64,000 nucleotides of DNA from Mycoplasma sp. CAG:776 (GTDB lineage Bacteria > Bacillota_I > Bacilli_A > RF39 > UBA660). Shown here piece by piece: positions 37,679-47,712 of this stretch (positions are counted from its first letter, which is position 1; every line of letters starts with the position of its first letter). The DNA is taken from the NCBI GenBank assembly GCA_000438195.1, contig FR903078.1, positions 9,845-73,844 on the forward strand, read 5' to 3'. The translations under genes and the position numbers were made by a program. The notes under the pieces were generated by a model. That model saw nothing but the letters and a program-made list of their open reading frames with translations. It searched no databases and had not been told where the DNA came from.

Positions 37679-38230
37679 ATGAAATTACCAAATATTAAAA
37701 TTTTAGATGAAGTAGATAAACGTTTAAGAGAAGTTAGCAAGGAAGTGACTTTTCCTTTATCTAAAGAAGATAAAAAAAATGTGGAAGATATGATTACTTA
37801 TTTAACGATGAGTCAAATTGAGGAATATGCTCAAAAATATGATTTAAGAGCTGGTATGGGTCTTGCCTATATTCAAATTGGTATTCCTAAAAGAATATTT
37901 GTTATCGTGGAAGAATTAGAAGATGAGACCTTTAAAAATTATATTATTATTAATCCTAGAATTGTTAGTCATAGTGAAGAGATGATCTATGTTGGTGAAG
38001 GTGAAGGTTGCTTAAGTATTAATCGCGATGTCGAAGGTATTGTGCCTAGATATGCTAGAATCACAGTTGAAGCTCAAGATTTAGATGGGAATACATTCCA
38101 AATTCGCGTTAGAGAAGATATTGCAATTGCTTTTCAACACGAAATTGATCATTTAAATGGAATTCTATTTATTGATAAAATCGATCCTAAAAATCCTTTT
38201 AAAGATGCTCAAAAATATCGTGAAATTTAA
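37679..38230 (+). CDS. def: Peptide deformylase
   Basis: GMGLAYIQIG, EGCLS, QHEIDHLNG. ATG at 37679 preferred over the GTG at 37667. Confidence 0.88.
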   Translation: MKLPNIKILDEVDKRLREVSKEVTFPLSKEDKKNVEDMITYLTMSQIEEYAQKYDLRAGMGLAYIQIGIPKRIFVIVEELEDETFKNYIIINPRIVSHSEEMIYVGEGEGCLSINRDVEGIVPRYARITVEAQDLDGNTFQIRVREDIAIAFQHEIDHLNGILFIDKIDPKNPFKDAQKYREI

Positions 38231-38257
38231 AAAAGAATAGTGATAGCTATTCCTTTT

Positions 38258-41203
38258 TTATGCATTTTCTTCTAAATTAACACTAACAATTTTACTTACT
38301 CCTGACTCTTGCATCGTTATACCATATAAAATATCTGCATATTCCATCGTTCTTTTCTTATGAGTGATTAATATAAATTGACTTTGATTTTTTCTTTCTT
38401 GTAAATACTTGCCAAAAGTATCTACATTTGCCTCATCTAACGCTGCCTCTACCTCATCTAATATGCAAAATGGACTTGGTTTTACATTCAATATCGCAAA
38501 TAAAACTGCAATTGCCGTCAGTGTTTTTTCTCCTCCAGATAAAAGTCCAATAGAATTTAGTTTCTTTCCGGGAGGTTCTGCTTCTATTTCAATCCCTGTA
38601 TTTAGTAAATCATCAGGATTTGTTAATTTAAGAGTTCCCCTTCCACCTTTAAATAAAGCTCGAAAAACATGATTAAATTCTTTACTGATGGCATCAAAAG
38701 TTGTTTTAAATTTTTCAACCATAATTTTATCCATTTCAGTAATAATATTATTTAATTCGGAACTAGAATCTTCTAAGTCTTTACTTTGTTTTAATAAAAA
38801 TTCATATCTTTCATTTACTCTTTCATATTCGCTTATTGCTCCTGTATTTACTTCACCTAAACTGCTAATTTCTTTTTTTAAAGTATCTACTTTACTTCTG
38901 GCAACATCTTCACTCATATCTAATTCATAATTACTACAAGCATATTCATATGTAATAGAGTAACTCTCTGATAAATTTAATAATAAATTATCTAGTTTAA
39001 CATCATATTTTCCAAGCATTACTTCTTTTTCTTTTAAAGCATTTTGAACACGATTATATTCAGAATTTGCTTTATGATTTTTAGTTTCTATCTCATTTAT
39101 TTGTAAGGTTAAATCAGATTTTTGTTTCTTTAATTTATTTAGTTCTTCATTTATAATATCTTTTTTACTAGCAACTAAACTTGCTTCCTCTAAGATACTT
39201 ACTAATTTTTGATCCAATTTATTGGTGCCAATTTCTTCATTTCCTTTTATCTCAAGTTCTTTCTTGGCTAAATTATCTTCAATTGTACGAACTTTGTTAG
39301 TTCTAGCATTTAAAATTTCATTTAAATTTATTAAGTTTTTTGATAAATCATTATTTTTTTGCTCTAAATTATTAAAGTTTTCATTAAATTCTTTATATTC
39401 ATTATTTAGATTATTTAGTTCTATTTTAGTTAACTCTAATTTCTCTTCTAACTCACTTAATTTTAATTTATCGTTAAAACTATTATTAGCATTTTTAGCT
39501 GATCCTCCGGTTATAGAACCACCTACATATAATACTTCTCCTTCTAAAGAAACTATTTTGTAGCGATAATCTAATGTTTTTCCTACTTTATTTAAAGTGT
39601 CTATATCTTTTACAACTATAACATTTCCTAATTGATTTTTTATGATATTATCATATTCTGGATCATATGAAACTAAGTTGCTAGCTATATCTATTAAACC
39701 AGGTATATCTTTTATTTTAGTTAAATCACTAGTGGGAATTTCTCTTGCTTTAATAATGTTTAAAGGAAAGAATGTAGCTCTTCCTAAATGATTTTCTTTT
39801 AAAAAATTAATGCACTCTTTACTAGCAGCTTCATCATCTACTACTAGGAAACTAGTTGCTCCACCTAAAGAAGTAGTAATTGCTAATTCATACATATTTT
39901 CGGTTTCAATTAAATTTCCTATTATGTTATGTACTCCTCTAAGACGCATATTATTTAAAACACTTCTAACAGCATTTGGTAGTTTGGAATTATTGCTTAT
40001 ATTTTCTTTTAAAATTTCAATTTTATTTTCCAATACTAGTATTTCTTTGGAATAATCATTAATTTTAGAAGTTAAATTATTTTTTTTCACTTTTTCCATA
40101 ATTAAATCATTATCTATTTTATCTTTTTCAATAGATTTTTCTTTAATATCGGAAATAATATCATCTAATTTAGATTTTTCAGTTGCTAATTCTTTTTTTA
40201 AAGATAACTCTTCTTCTTTTAGTTTGATCATGGCTTCTTCTAAATTATTTTTGCTAGCATTATACTTTTTACGTTCCATCGTAACTAATTTTTCAGCTTC
40301 TAAACTAGCTAGATTTTCAGTTAAATCTAGAAATTCATTATTTTTCCTAGTTATTTCTTCTTCTAGTTTTAGATTATCTAATTTTAATTTTTCTAACTTA
40401 GACGTTTCTTCTACTCCGCTAGTAGTCATTTTAGCTAATTCTTTTTCTAAATTCTCTACTTCAATTTTAATTTTTTTATAATCAATATTAATTGTTCCGA
40501 TGTCATTTGCTATTAAAGCAATTTCAATATTCTTTAATTCTTCTTTTAAATTTAAATATTTTTTTGCTATTTCACTTTGCTTTTTTAAAGGTTTGACACT
40601 TTTTTCTAATTCTTCAATTACTAATTTTATTTTAGAAATGTTTTCTTTTGTTTTTTCTAATTTCTTTAAACTTATTTCTTTTCTTTTTTTATACTTTAAA
40701 ACACCAGCAGCATCTTCAAAAATTGTGCGTCTAGCCTCTGGTTTACTACTGATAATATCGGCAACGCTTCCTTGAGAAATAATATTAAAAGAATCATTAC
40801 CAGCTCCTGTATCTAAAAATAAATCAGTAATATCTTTTAATCTTACTTTACTATTATTTAAATAATACTCATTTTCTCCTGTATTATAAATGACTCTTTT
40901 TACTTCTATTTCTCCAAAATCACTATTTAAATAACGATCAGAATTATCAAATACTAACGATACATAAGCACGGTTATGCGGAGCTCTAGTTTTAGAACCA
41001 GAAAAAATGCAATCACTCATGGTATCTGTTCCTCTAAGAGACTTTACTGATTGTTCACCTAATACCCATCGGACAGCATCCACAATATTACTTTTACCAG
41101 AACCATTAGGGCCTACTATGGCTGTTATTCCCTTTTTTATTTCTAAATCTATTTTATCTGCAAAAGATTTAAAACCATATGCTCGAATATTTTTTAAATG
41201 CAT
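38258..41203 (-). CDS. smc: Chromosome partition protein SMC (981 aa)
   Basis: N-terminal FKSF..GPNGSGKSN, hinge ..LGGATSFLVVDD..GRATFFPLN, C-terminal LSGGEKTLTAIAVLFAI and ILDEVEAALD. Confidence 0.92.
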   Translation of the reverse strand: MHLKNIRAYGFKSFADKIDLEIKKGITAIVGPNGSGKSNIVDAVRWVLGEQSVKSLRGTDTMSDCIFSGSKTRAPHNRAYVSLVFDNSDRYLNSDFGEIEVKRVIYNTGENEYYLNNSKVRLKDITDLFLDTGAGNDSFNIISQGSVADIISSKPEARRTIFEDAAGVLKYKKRKEISLKKLEKTKENISKIKLVIEELEKSVKPLKKQSEIAKKYLNLKEELKNIEIALIANDIGTINIDYKKIKIEVENLEKELAKMTTSGVEETSKLEKLKLDNLKLEEEITRKNNEFLDLTENLASLEAEKLVTMERKKYNASKNNLEEAMIKLKEEELSLKKELATEKSKLDDIISDIKEKSIEKDKIDNDLIMEKVKKNNLTSKINDYSKEILVLENKIEILKENISNNSKLPNAVRSVLNNMRLRGVHNIIGNLIETENMYELAITTSLGGATSFLVVDDEAASKECINFLKENHLGRATFFPLNIIKAREIPTSDLTKIKDIPGLIDIASNLVSYDPEYDNIIKNQLGNVIVVKDIDTLNKVGKTLDYRYKIVSLEGEVLYVGGSITGGSAKNANNSFNDKLKLSELEEKLELTKIELNNLNNEYKEFNENFNNLEQKNNDLSKNLINLNEILNARTNKVRTIEDNLAKKELEIKGNEEIGTNKLDQKLVSILEEASLVASKKDIINEELNKLKKQKSDLTLQINEIETKNHKANSEYNRVQNALKEKEVMLGKYDVKLDNLLLNLSESYSITYEYACSNYELDMSEDVARSKVDTLKKEISSLGEVNTGAISEYERVNERYEFLLKQSKDLEDSSSELNNIITEMDKIMVEKFKTTFDAISKEFNHVFRALFKGGRGTLKLTNPDDLLNTGIEIEAEPPGKKLNSIGLLSGGEKTLTAIAVLFAILNVKPSPFCILDEVEAALDEANVDTFGKYLQERKNQSQFILITHKKRTMEYADILYGITMQESGVSKIVSVNLEENA

Positions 41204-41216
41204 GTTTTCACCCTAC

Positions 41217-41876
41217 TTACTTTGCTTCCTTTTTTAAAGCGTCGTATGCCGCATTTTGCTCCGCTTCTTTTTTGCTTTTTCCTTGGCCTTTCCCATATAC
41301 AATTCCATCAATTACTACTTCAAAAACAAAGGTTTTATCGTGTGATGGACCTGTTTCACTTATTAAACGATATTCTAATGACTTTTTATCTGTTTGAACC
41401 ATTTCTTGTAGTCTAGATTTATAATCTCCTAAAAAAACATGATGTTCTAATACATATGGGCTTAGTACTTCTAATGCATACTTTCTTGCTACTTCAAAAC
41501 CTTGATCTAAATAAATTGCTCCTAATACTGATTCAAAAGTGTCCGCAATAATCGTATCATTGATATTTCTTATTTGACCATTTCCTACTTTAATATGTTT
41601 ATCAATCCCTACATCTTTTGCATACTGTGCTAAAGCTTCTTCACATACAAAACTAGCTCTAATTTTAGATAATTCCCCTTCTTGATAAGTGTATTTTTTA
41701 TAGAAATATTCACTTGTTATTAATTGTAAAACAGCATCACCTAAAAATTCTAATCGTTCATAGTTTTCTCCTCCATGTTCATTAGAATAACTACTATGAG
41801 TTAAAGCTATTTTAAGTAAATTTTCATTTGATAATTTAATATTATATTTAGCTAAAAAATTCATTTTATCACTCAC
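41217..41876 (-). CDS. rnc: Ribonuclease III
   Basis: ERLEFLGDAVL catalytic motif and the C-terminal dsRBD GKGQGKSKKEAEQNAA. Confidence 0.92.
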   Translation of the reverse strand: MSDKMNFLAKYNIKLSNENLLKIALTHSSYSNEHGGENYERLEFLGDAVLQLITSEYFYKKYTYQEGELSKIRASFVCEEALAQYAKDVGIDKHIKVGNGQIRNINDTIIADTFESVLGAIYLDQGFEVARKYALEVLSPYVLEHHVFLGDYKSRLQEMVQTDKKSLEYRLISETGPSHDKTFVFEVVIDGIVYGKGQGKSKKEAEQNAAYDALKKEAK

Positions 41877-41938
41877 TTTTTATTGTTTCTTTTTCATTAT
41901 AACAAAAACTCTATAAAAAATAAACACGCTTGTGTTTA

Positions 41939-42307
41939 TTAAATCCATTTTGATATATATATTTTTCTTGTTTGCTCAAATTCTACTCTATGAAATATCT
42001 CTATGATATTTTCCACAATTGTTCTAATAATATCTCCACAACTTCTTTTTACTCTTACTTTAACTAATTCTTGTTTTAATGTCTTTCTAAATAAATAATC
42101 ATCAATATATCTTCCCATTATTTTATCAATTTCGATAACATTTTCGATTTCTTCCTCTTGAGTTAAATCAATATTAAAAATGTAATCCTTATATATTTTT
42201 ACTAATTGTAAAGATAAAGTATCTCCTTCTAAAAAATCTGTATTAGTAATTCGTTCAAAATTTTTACAATAATTTAAAACTAATTTATTATTCTTCAATT
42301 TAATCAT
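41939..42307 (-). CDS. Hypothetical protein (122 aa)
   Basis: ORF only. No motif recognised. Confidence 0.45.
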   Translation of the reverse strand: MIKLKNNKLVLNYCKNFERITNTDFLEGDTLSLQLVKIYKDYIFNIDLTQEEEIENVIEIDKIMGRYIDDYLFRKTLKQELVKVRVKRSCGDIIRTIVENIIEIFHRVEFEQTRKIYISKWI

Positions 42308-42399
42308 CCTTTACTATTTACTTTACAATTCCATATTACAATGAAAAAATAAATTTGTCAAATAAAAAAAACTTCGTTATAATATTATTAGGTGATCAT

Positions 42400-43362
42400 A
42401 TGAAAAAAACGAAGTTGAAGCTTAAGAAAAATGTTTGGATTGCTTTAGGGGCTATAGGAGTATTTATTCTAGCTATTTTTATTGGGGTTCACATTTATCA
42501 AGATGCTCAATATAAAAAAACGAATGAATATAAATTGTTAGAAGCAGGATATAAAGAAGATGATATAAAGCTTTTAGAGCAAAAATTAAGTGCAGATGAA
42601 ATAACTGATATTGCTGAAAAAGAAAAAGATGATTTCTTAATGGGAGTTTTGAAAGATGAATATTTCATTAAAAATAATTTAGATCGTTACATGAATTATC
42701 ATCAAAAAAATGAAGGAAAAACCGTTCGACAAGTTGTAGCTTTTGTTAATACGAATAATGATTACGAATATTATACTCATGATATTGATACAGATACTGA
42801 ACAAGATTATTTGATGCTAGTTAACAAATATTATCATTTAGATCCTTCTTATGAACCTAACGATTTAGTTACAATTAGTAATAAATACTATTATGGTGAA
42901 GGACATAAAATTCGTAAAGTTGCTTATGATGCTTTTGTTGATATGTGGAATCAAGCAAATCAAGCTGGTATTTACTTAATTATTAATTCTAGTTATCGTA
43001 CTTATAAAGAACAACAAGAAGTTTATGATAGTTATAAAGATTCACAAGGTACGACTTACGCCGATTCAATCGCTGCTCGTCCTGGTTATTCAGAACATCA
43101 AACTGGTTTATCATTAGATATTTTTAGTAAAGAAAATACTACTACTTCTAATTTTAAAGATTCCCCTGCTCATATATGGCTTACAGAAAATGCTTATAAG
43201 TATGGATTTATTGAACGCTATCAAAAAGATACAGAAGATATTACTGGTTTTGCAGAAGAAGCTTGGCATTGGCGCTATGTTGGAGTAGAAGCTGCTACAT
43301 ATATTTATGAACACAACATTACTTTTGATGAGTATTATGCTTACTTTATTCTTAACAAGTAA
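42400..43362 (+). CDS. VanY/M15B-family D-alanyl-D-alanine carboxypeptidase, membrane-anchored
   Basis: SSYRTYKEQ, SEHQTGLSLD, EAWHWRYVG. Start placed at MKKTKLKL behind AGGTGA. Confidence 0.75.
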   Translation: MKKTKLKLKKNVWIALGAIGVFILAIFIGVHIYQDAQYKKTNEYKLLEAGYKEDDIKLLEQKLSADEITDIAEKEKDDFLMGVLKDEYFIKNNLDRYMNYHQKNEGKTVRQVVAFVNTNNDYEYYTHDIDTDTEQDYLMLVNKYYHLDPSYEPNDLVTISNKYYYGEGHKIRKVAYDAFVDMWNQANQAGIYLIINSSYRTYKEQQEVYDSYKDSQGTTYADSIAARPGYSEHQTGLSLDIFSKENTTTSNFKDSPAHIWLTENAYKYGFIERYQKDTEDITGFAEEAWHWRYVGVEAATYIYEHNITFDEYYAYFILNK

Positions 43363-43373
43363 GCTTTTTTAAT

Positions 43374-43965
43374 ATGTAATTCAGCAGAATTGCCACAACT
43401 AGAAGTCGTAGAATAAATCTACCCGTTATATGGGCATGACTAGAAAAAGCAATAATGAAATTGTTCATATCATACTGTGTCTGCACCCAAATATAGAAGA
43501 AAGGCAATATATGGTAAATTAAGAGGAAAAATAGGAAAATATTTGAGGCAATTATGTGAATATACAGGAGTAGAAAAGAAGCAAATACTTGTATAGATCA
43601 TATTTATATTTTGATAAAAATTCCGCCTAAAATAAATGTATCATCTTTTATGAGATATTTAAAGGGTAAAAGTTTATTGATAATATTTGATAATTATGCA
43701 AATTTAAAATATAAATATAGAAACAGACATTTTGGGGTAAAAGAGATACTATATAAGTACAGCGGGACTGAATAAATCTACAATTAAGAAATAGATACAA
43801 GAGTAAGAAATAGAAAACAGAATGCAAGATTCAAAAAAGTTTGAAGGAATATAAGAACCTATTTATGGGTAAGCAATAAATTCAAAGGCAATTGGCAGAT
43901 TAAAAAAAACACCATATGGTGGCAGCCAGTAGTTGGCCTTATAAGCCTTTGAGAAAATCCACTTC
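43374..43965 (+). mobile_element. Decayed IS200/IS605-family element (tnpA pseudogene with left-end structure)
   Basis: The broken frames read ..SYHTVSAPKYRRKAIYGKLRGKIGKYLRQLCEYTGVE.. then ..YYISTAGLNKSTIKK.., interrupted by multiple stops and frameshifts. This matches the Y1 transposase pattern HIVF.PKYRRK..YG. Confidence 0.65.
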
Positions 43966-43974
43966 TTTTTGAAC

Positions 43975-44862
43975 TAGTCAAGTAAAAGTAGACAGTAAAA
44001 AAACGCTCTATTAAAACCCTGATTCAATTTTATATTGAATTGGGGTTTTATATTTTAATGCATAAGATGGTCTTTCGTTATTGTAATAATAGATGTATTC
44101 TTCTATAAGTTTAGGAATATCGTTGCTTTCTTTTAAATGAAAATCAATAAATAATTCTTCTTTAATCCAACCATTTAAAGACTCGTTAACAGGATTATCT
44201 GTTGGTGTACCCGCTCCGACTCATTGAGCGTTGTATGTTATAATTTTTTATGAGCTTATTATAGCTCTGTGATGAATAAACTGAGCCTTGATCGGTATGC
44301 AACGTAATCAAATCCTCAGTTTGTTCTTTTTTTATACGCTCTAATACTTGATTTAAACCGTCATAATATGAAGTAACAGAGCCCTTCCTTGAAGCTAGAC
44401 CATATCCAACTATTTCTTTATTCCAAGCATCAAAATATAATGTTAATTCATAATATATTCCTTTAACTCTAAAGGCTGTCATATCAGATATTATTATCTC
44501 AAATGGCCTAGTTAAATATTTCCAACCATTCCATACTAAGTTGTTAAATTTTAGTTTTTCTTCGTTAGTTTTTCCTTTCTTTAATCCTAATCCTTTATTT
44601 TCTCCTTTTGATTTCCCTGTGTTGGATTTTAATCCATCTATACCTGATTCTTCATATTTAATCAGTTAAAGTTCTAGTAGAAATATTATATTTTCTACAA
44701 ATTTCATTTCTTCCCAAATTCCCTAAATAAAATTCTTTTAAAATTTTTTCTTTTTCTTCTGGTGTTCTCATATTATTTTTACTCATATTTTATCCTCCTA
44801 TAATCATTGTAGCATAGAAAAAAGTAGACTAGAGTGTTTTTCTCTTTGCCTACTTTTATCAT
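43975..44862 (-). mobile_element. Truncated IS3-family element (orfA HTH remnant plus frameshifted DDE integrase core)
   Basis: HTDQGSVYSS in ORF 44195-44482. After a frameshift, ..DNPVNESLNGWIKEE...YYYNNERPSYALKYKTPIQYKIESGF ends at 44011. An MSKNNMRTPEEKEKILKEF remnant starts at 44786. Imperfect terminal inverted repeats TAAAAGTAGACAGTAAAAAAACGCTCTA / TAAAAGTAGGCAAAGAGAAAAACACTCTA. Confidence 0.7.
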
Positions 44863-44873
44863 ATCACTTCAAT

Positions 44874-45176
44874 TTAGGAGTGGATTTTTAATGCAATTTT
44901 ATTTAAAATTTTTAATTTAGCATAATATCTACCGATTAAAAAAATGATCGAAACGATGAATAAAGGAATAGCGACAAGTAAATTAGATAAAAGATCTTCT
45001 TTTTGGATTAAAGAGTAAATAATTAAAAAAATACTAAATAGAAACCCAATAATACTATAAATAACTAATCTAACAAGTCTTTTTTGAAACTCGCTATCAG
45101 CATAATCTTTTTTATATTTTTCAAGAATTTTTTTCTTCTCTTCTTTTCCTAATTGATTGTAATAATAACGTTGCAT
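44874..45176 (-). CDS. Small two-TM membrane protein
   Basis: 100-aa ORF with a basic N-terminus and two hydrophobic helices. Confidence 0.45.
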   Translation of the reverse strand: MQRYYYNQLGKEEKKKILEKYKKDYADSEFQKRLVRLVIYSIIGFLFSIFLIIYSLIQKEDLLSNLLVAIPLFIVSIIFLIGRYYAKLKILNKIALKIHS

Positions 45177-45261
45177 AAAATCACCTCTAAAAATATTTTA
45201 ACATATAATTTATCAAATGAAAATAATTTACATAAAATAGTTTTGCTGTTATAATGAAAGA

Positions 45262-45918
45262 GTGATAAAAATGAGATTACAGAAAGAAAAAATTAAAATA
45301 TCAGAAATAATTTGGCTATTTGTCATAGGATGCCTCGTTGGTTTTGTTTTAGAAACGATTTGGCATTTTCTAAAAAACGGAGTTTGGATTAATAAGCAAG
45401 GCCTTTTATATGGTCCGTTTAAACCAATATACGGGTTTGGACTTATATTTATAGTTTTGATTATGAATAATTATCGTGAAAAAAAATTTTGGCAGAAATT
45501 TATCATTGGAATAATACTAGGAAGTGCTTTTGAATATTTTGGAAGTTTATTTCAAGAATATGTTTTTGGTACATCTACATGGAATTATTCTAATTTTAAT
45601 TTAAATATTGGTGGGCGAATTTATTTGCCTTATTGCTTTGCGTGGGGAATTATAGCTGTTTTTTGTGTAGATTTTGTTTACCCGTTTTTAAAGAAAATAT
45701 TAAATAAGATAAACCCATGCTTTTATAAAATAATAACTGTAGGTGTCGGAATTTTTATGATAATTAATATTTCTCTAACAGCCCTAGCTTCAATTAGATA
45801 TTCTGATCGTGCTAATAAGGAAAATACGGATAGTGCAGTATTTAAAGTAATAGATAGTCTTTATCCCGATGAATATATGCAAATTAAGTTTCCTAAAATG
45901 AAGATAATTAAAAGCTAA
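45262..45918 (+). CDS. Polytopic membrane protein, same family as 60318-61058
   Basis: VGFVLETIWHFLKNGVWINKQGLLYGPFKPIYGFG aligns with IGYLIEVFWCYLGSKKFVNRGFLCGPVIPIYGLG of the other copy. Confidence 0.6.
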   Translation: MIKMRLQKEKIKISEIIWLFVIGCLVGFVLETIWHFLKNGVWINKQGLLYGPFKPIYGFGLIFIVLIMNNYREKKFWQKFIIGIILGSAFEYFGSLFQEYVFGTSTWNYSNFNLNIGGRIYLPYCFAWGIIAVFCVDFVYPFLKKILNKINPCFYKIITVGVGIFMIINISLTALASIRYSDRANKENTDSAVFKVIDSLYPDEYMQIKFPKMKIIKS

Positions 45919-45974
45919 AAATAGTATATTTTAAATTTTTGTGATAAAAAAGTGAAAAAAATATAAAATTAGTA

Positions 45975-46002
45975 TTGCATATTATAAAATTTATGATATA
46001 AT
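45975..46002 (+). promoter_or_regulatory. Promoter of the tRNA cluster
   Basis: TTGCAT, 16-nt spacer, TGaTATAAT (extended -10), about 20 nt before the first tRNA. Confidence 0.55.
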
Positions 46003-46021
46003 TAAATAGCATTTGATTGAT

Positions 46022-46097
46022 GTCTCCTTAGCTCAGCTGGTAGAGCAACTGACTCTTAATCAGTGGGTCTAGGGTTCGAATCCCTAAGGGGACACCA
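46022..46097 (+). tRNA. tRNA-Lys (anticodon CTT)
   Basis: Acceptor GTCTCCT/AGGGGAC, D-loop AGCTCAGCTGGTAGAGC, anticodon loop CT-CTT-AA, T-arm GGTTCGAATCC, encoded CCA. Confidence 0.95.
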
Positions 46098-46120
46098 TTA
46101 ATTTATTTGCTGATAAAGAT

Positions 46121-46197
<77 letters not shown>

Positions 46198-46204
46198 TTT
46201 TTTT

Positions 46205-46281
46205 GGCCAGTTGGTGAAGCGGCTTAACACACTGCCCTTTCACGGCAGCATTCACGGGTTCGAATCCCGTACTGGTCACCA
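46205..46281 (+). tRNA. tRNA-Glu (anticodon TTC)
   Basis: Acceptor GGCCAGT/ACTGGTC, anticodon stem CTGCC/GGCAG with loop CT-TTC-AC, T-arm GGTTCGAATCC, encoded CCA. Confidence 0.93.
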
Positions 46282-46295
46282 TAAATTGTTAAAGA

Positions 46296-46317
46296 AGCTC
46301 ACGTTTGTGGGCTTTTA
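46296..46317 (+). terminator. Intrinsic terminator after the tRNA cluster
   Basis: AGCTCAC GTTT GTGGGCT followed by TTT. Confidence 0.6.
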
Positions 46318-46545
46318 TAATGAAATAAATTTAAAATAATTATTGCTATAAAATCTAAGAAAATTAAAAAAAGAAATTAAATCATCAATATATTAAAGAA
46401 AGATACCATATATCTATTATTAGAATTTACAAATGATAGTAGAAGATTCTTAAAGACAAGAATAAAAAAATCCAATATTAAATCTTTTGACAATTAATAA
46501 TAAAAAGCCGCAATAATTTTATTGCGGTTCTTAAGTAACTTAATT

Positions 46546-47079
46546 TTATGTAAAAAAATCTTTTAAATCTTTAATATCAGGAGCTTTTTCTAACTCATTT
46601 ATTTCTTGTAAATCAAAACTTAATTGGTAACGCTTTTCTTCATTATTTCCTGGATCAACAGTATATATATATAAGTAATGATTATCATGTCCATAAACTT
46701 TTTTTATCCAATGAATTGGTTTTACAGGTTCTAAATTTAAACTTGTATCTAAATTGTATCCATAAAATGAACCAGTTAAATCATATATATATAAATAGTT
46801 TTTTACCCAAAGTGGCTTAAAAAATGAACCCAGAACATCTAAACAGAATTCTTTCTCATATTTATTGTTTAGCAAATCTTTATATACGCAATAACGTTCT
46901 TCTTCAATTAGATTATTTTCAGTTGAAATAACATAATTTTGATAAGCAGATATTATATTTTCCTTAATAGTTGTATAATTTAATTCATTTTTGCTTTTGT
47001 TATTAAATACCTTAAATCCAAACAGTATTAATACTATGATAAGAATTAATACTAATGTAATAATAACTATCTTCTTCAT
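46546..47079 (-). CDS. Membrane-anchored hypothetical protein
   Basis: N-terminal TM IVIITLVLILIIVLILFGF. 177 aa. Confidence 0.55.
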   Translation of the reverse strand: MKKIVIITLVLILIIVLILFGFKVFNNKSKNELNYTTIKENIISAYQNYVISTENNLIEEERYCVYKDLLNNKYEKEFCLDVLGSFFKPLWVKNYLYIYDLTGSFYGYNLDTSLNLEPVKPIHWIKKVYGHDNHYLYIYTVDPGNNEEKRYQLSFDLQEINELEKAPDIKDLKDFFT

Positions 47080-47320
47080 ATTTCAATCATTCCTTTTAAA
47101 AAACAAACATTTGAATATAAAATTATTTTTATATTCGTGTATTATATAAAATTTATTAAATATATATTTAAGCATATTATATCACTGGGATTCTAAAAAG
47201 TAAAATTTAATAAGTATCATTATCTAGGTTGTTAAGTGAAAACACAAAATGATATGAACAAATTCCGTTTTGTATGAGATAATGTACTATATTCATTATT
47301 TTTTGCTGAACGCTATTATT

Positions 47321-47397
47321 TTTTCTAGTCATGCCCGGCATAGCGAGGGTAGATTTATTCTACGACTTATGGTCGTGGCACTTCTGTTGAGTTACAT
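47321..47397 (-). repeat. Solo copy of the IS200-like left-end sequence
   Basis: The reverse complement ATGTAACTCAACAGAAGTGCCACGACCATAAGTCGTAGAATAAATCTACCCTCGCTATGCCGGGCATGACTAGAAAA aligns with 43374-43447 with a few substitutions. No transposase is adjacent. Confidence 0.6.
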
Positions 47398-47415
47398 AAT
47401 AAAAAAACTGATTTT

Positions 47416-47712
47416 TCAGTTTTTTATTTGGCTTAAAATTTCTTCTATTTCTTCTTTGCTTCTAAAACCTACTACTTTTTGCTTTAGTTTCCCTTCTTTA
47501 AAAAAACAAATAGTTGGGATGCTCATCACTCCATATGTAGTTGCTAAATCTTGATGATTATCTACATTGATTTTTAAAATATTTTCATTCATAGTTTCTA
47601 ATACTGTTCCAAGCATTTTACAAGGGCCACACCAATCAGCATAGAAGTCAACTATCCAAGTATCTTTTTTTATTATATCATTTAAATTCTCTTTTTCTAA
47701 ATATTTAATCAT
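47416..47712 (-). CDS. trxA: Thioredoxin
   Basis: WCGPC active site. Start placed at MIKYLEK behind AGGAGG. Confidence 0.88.
   Translation of the reverse strand: MIKYLEKENLNDIIKKDTWIVDFYADWCGPCKMLGTVLETMNENILKINVDNHQDLATTYGVMSIPTICFFKEGKLKQKVVGFRSKEEIEEILSQIKN

Noticed and set aside
38409-41416. Series of plus-strand ORFs of 72-113 aa inside smc and rnc (38409-38672, 38688-38930, 39222-39563, 39810-40055, 40224-40481, 40500-40775, 41007-41237, 41179-41397, 41198-41416)
   Set aside because: They are Ser/Phe/Leu-rich shadows of the Lys/Glu-rich coiled-coil coding strand. They have no RBS and lie entirely within well-supported genes.
47270-47554. 94-aa plus-strand ORF overlapping the trxA 3' end
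   Set aside because: It runs through the IS200-end-like repeat and antisense to trxA, and it has no RBS.
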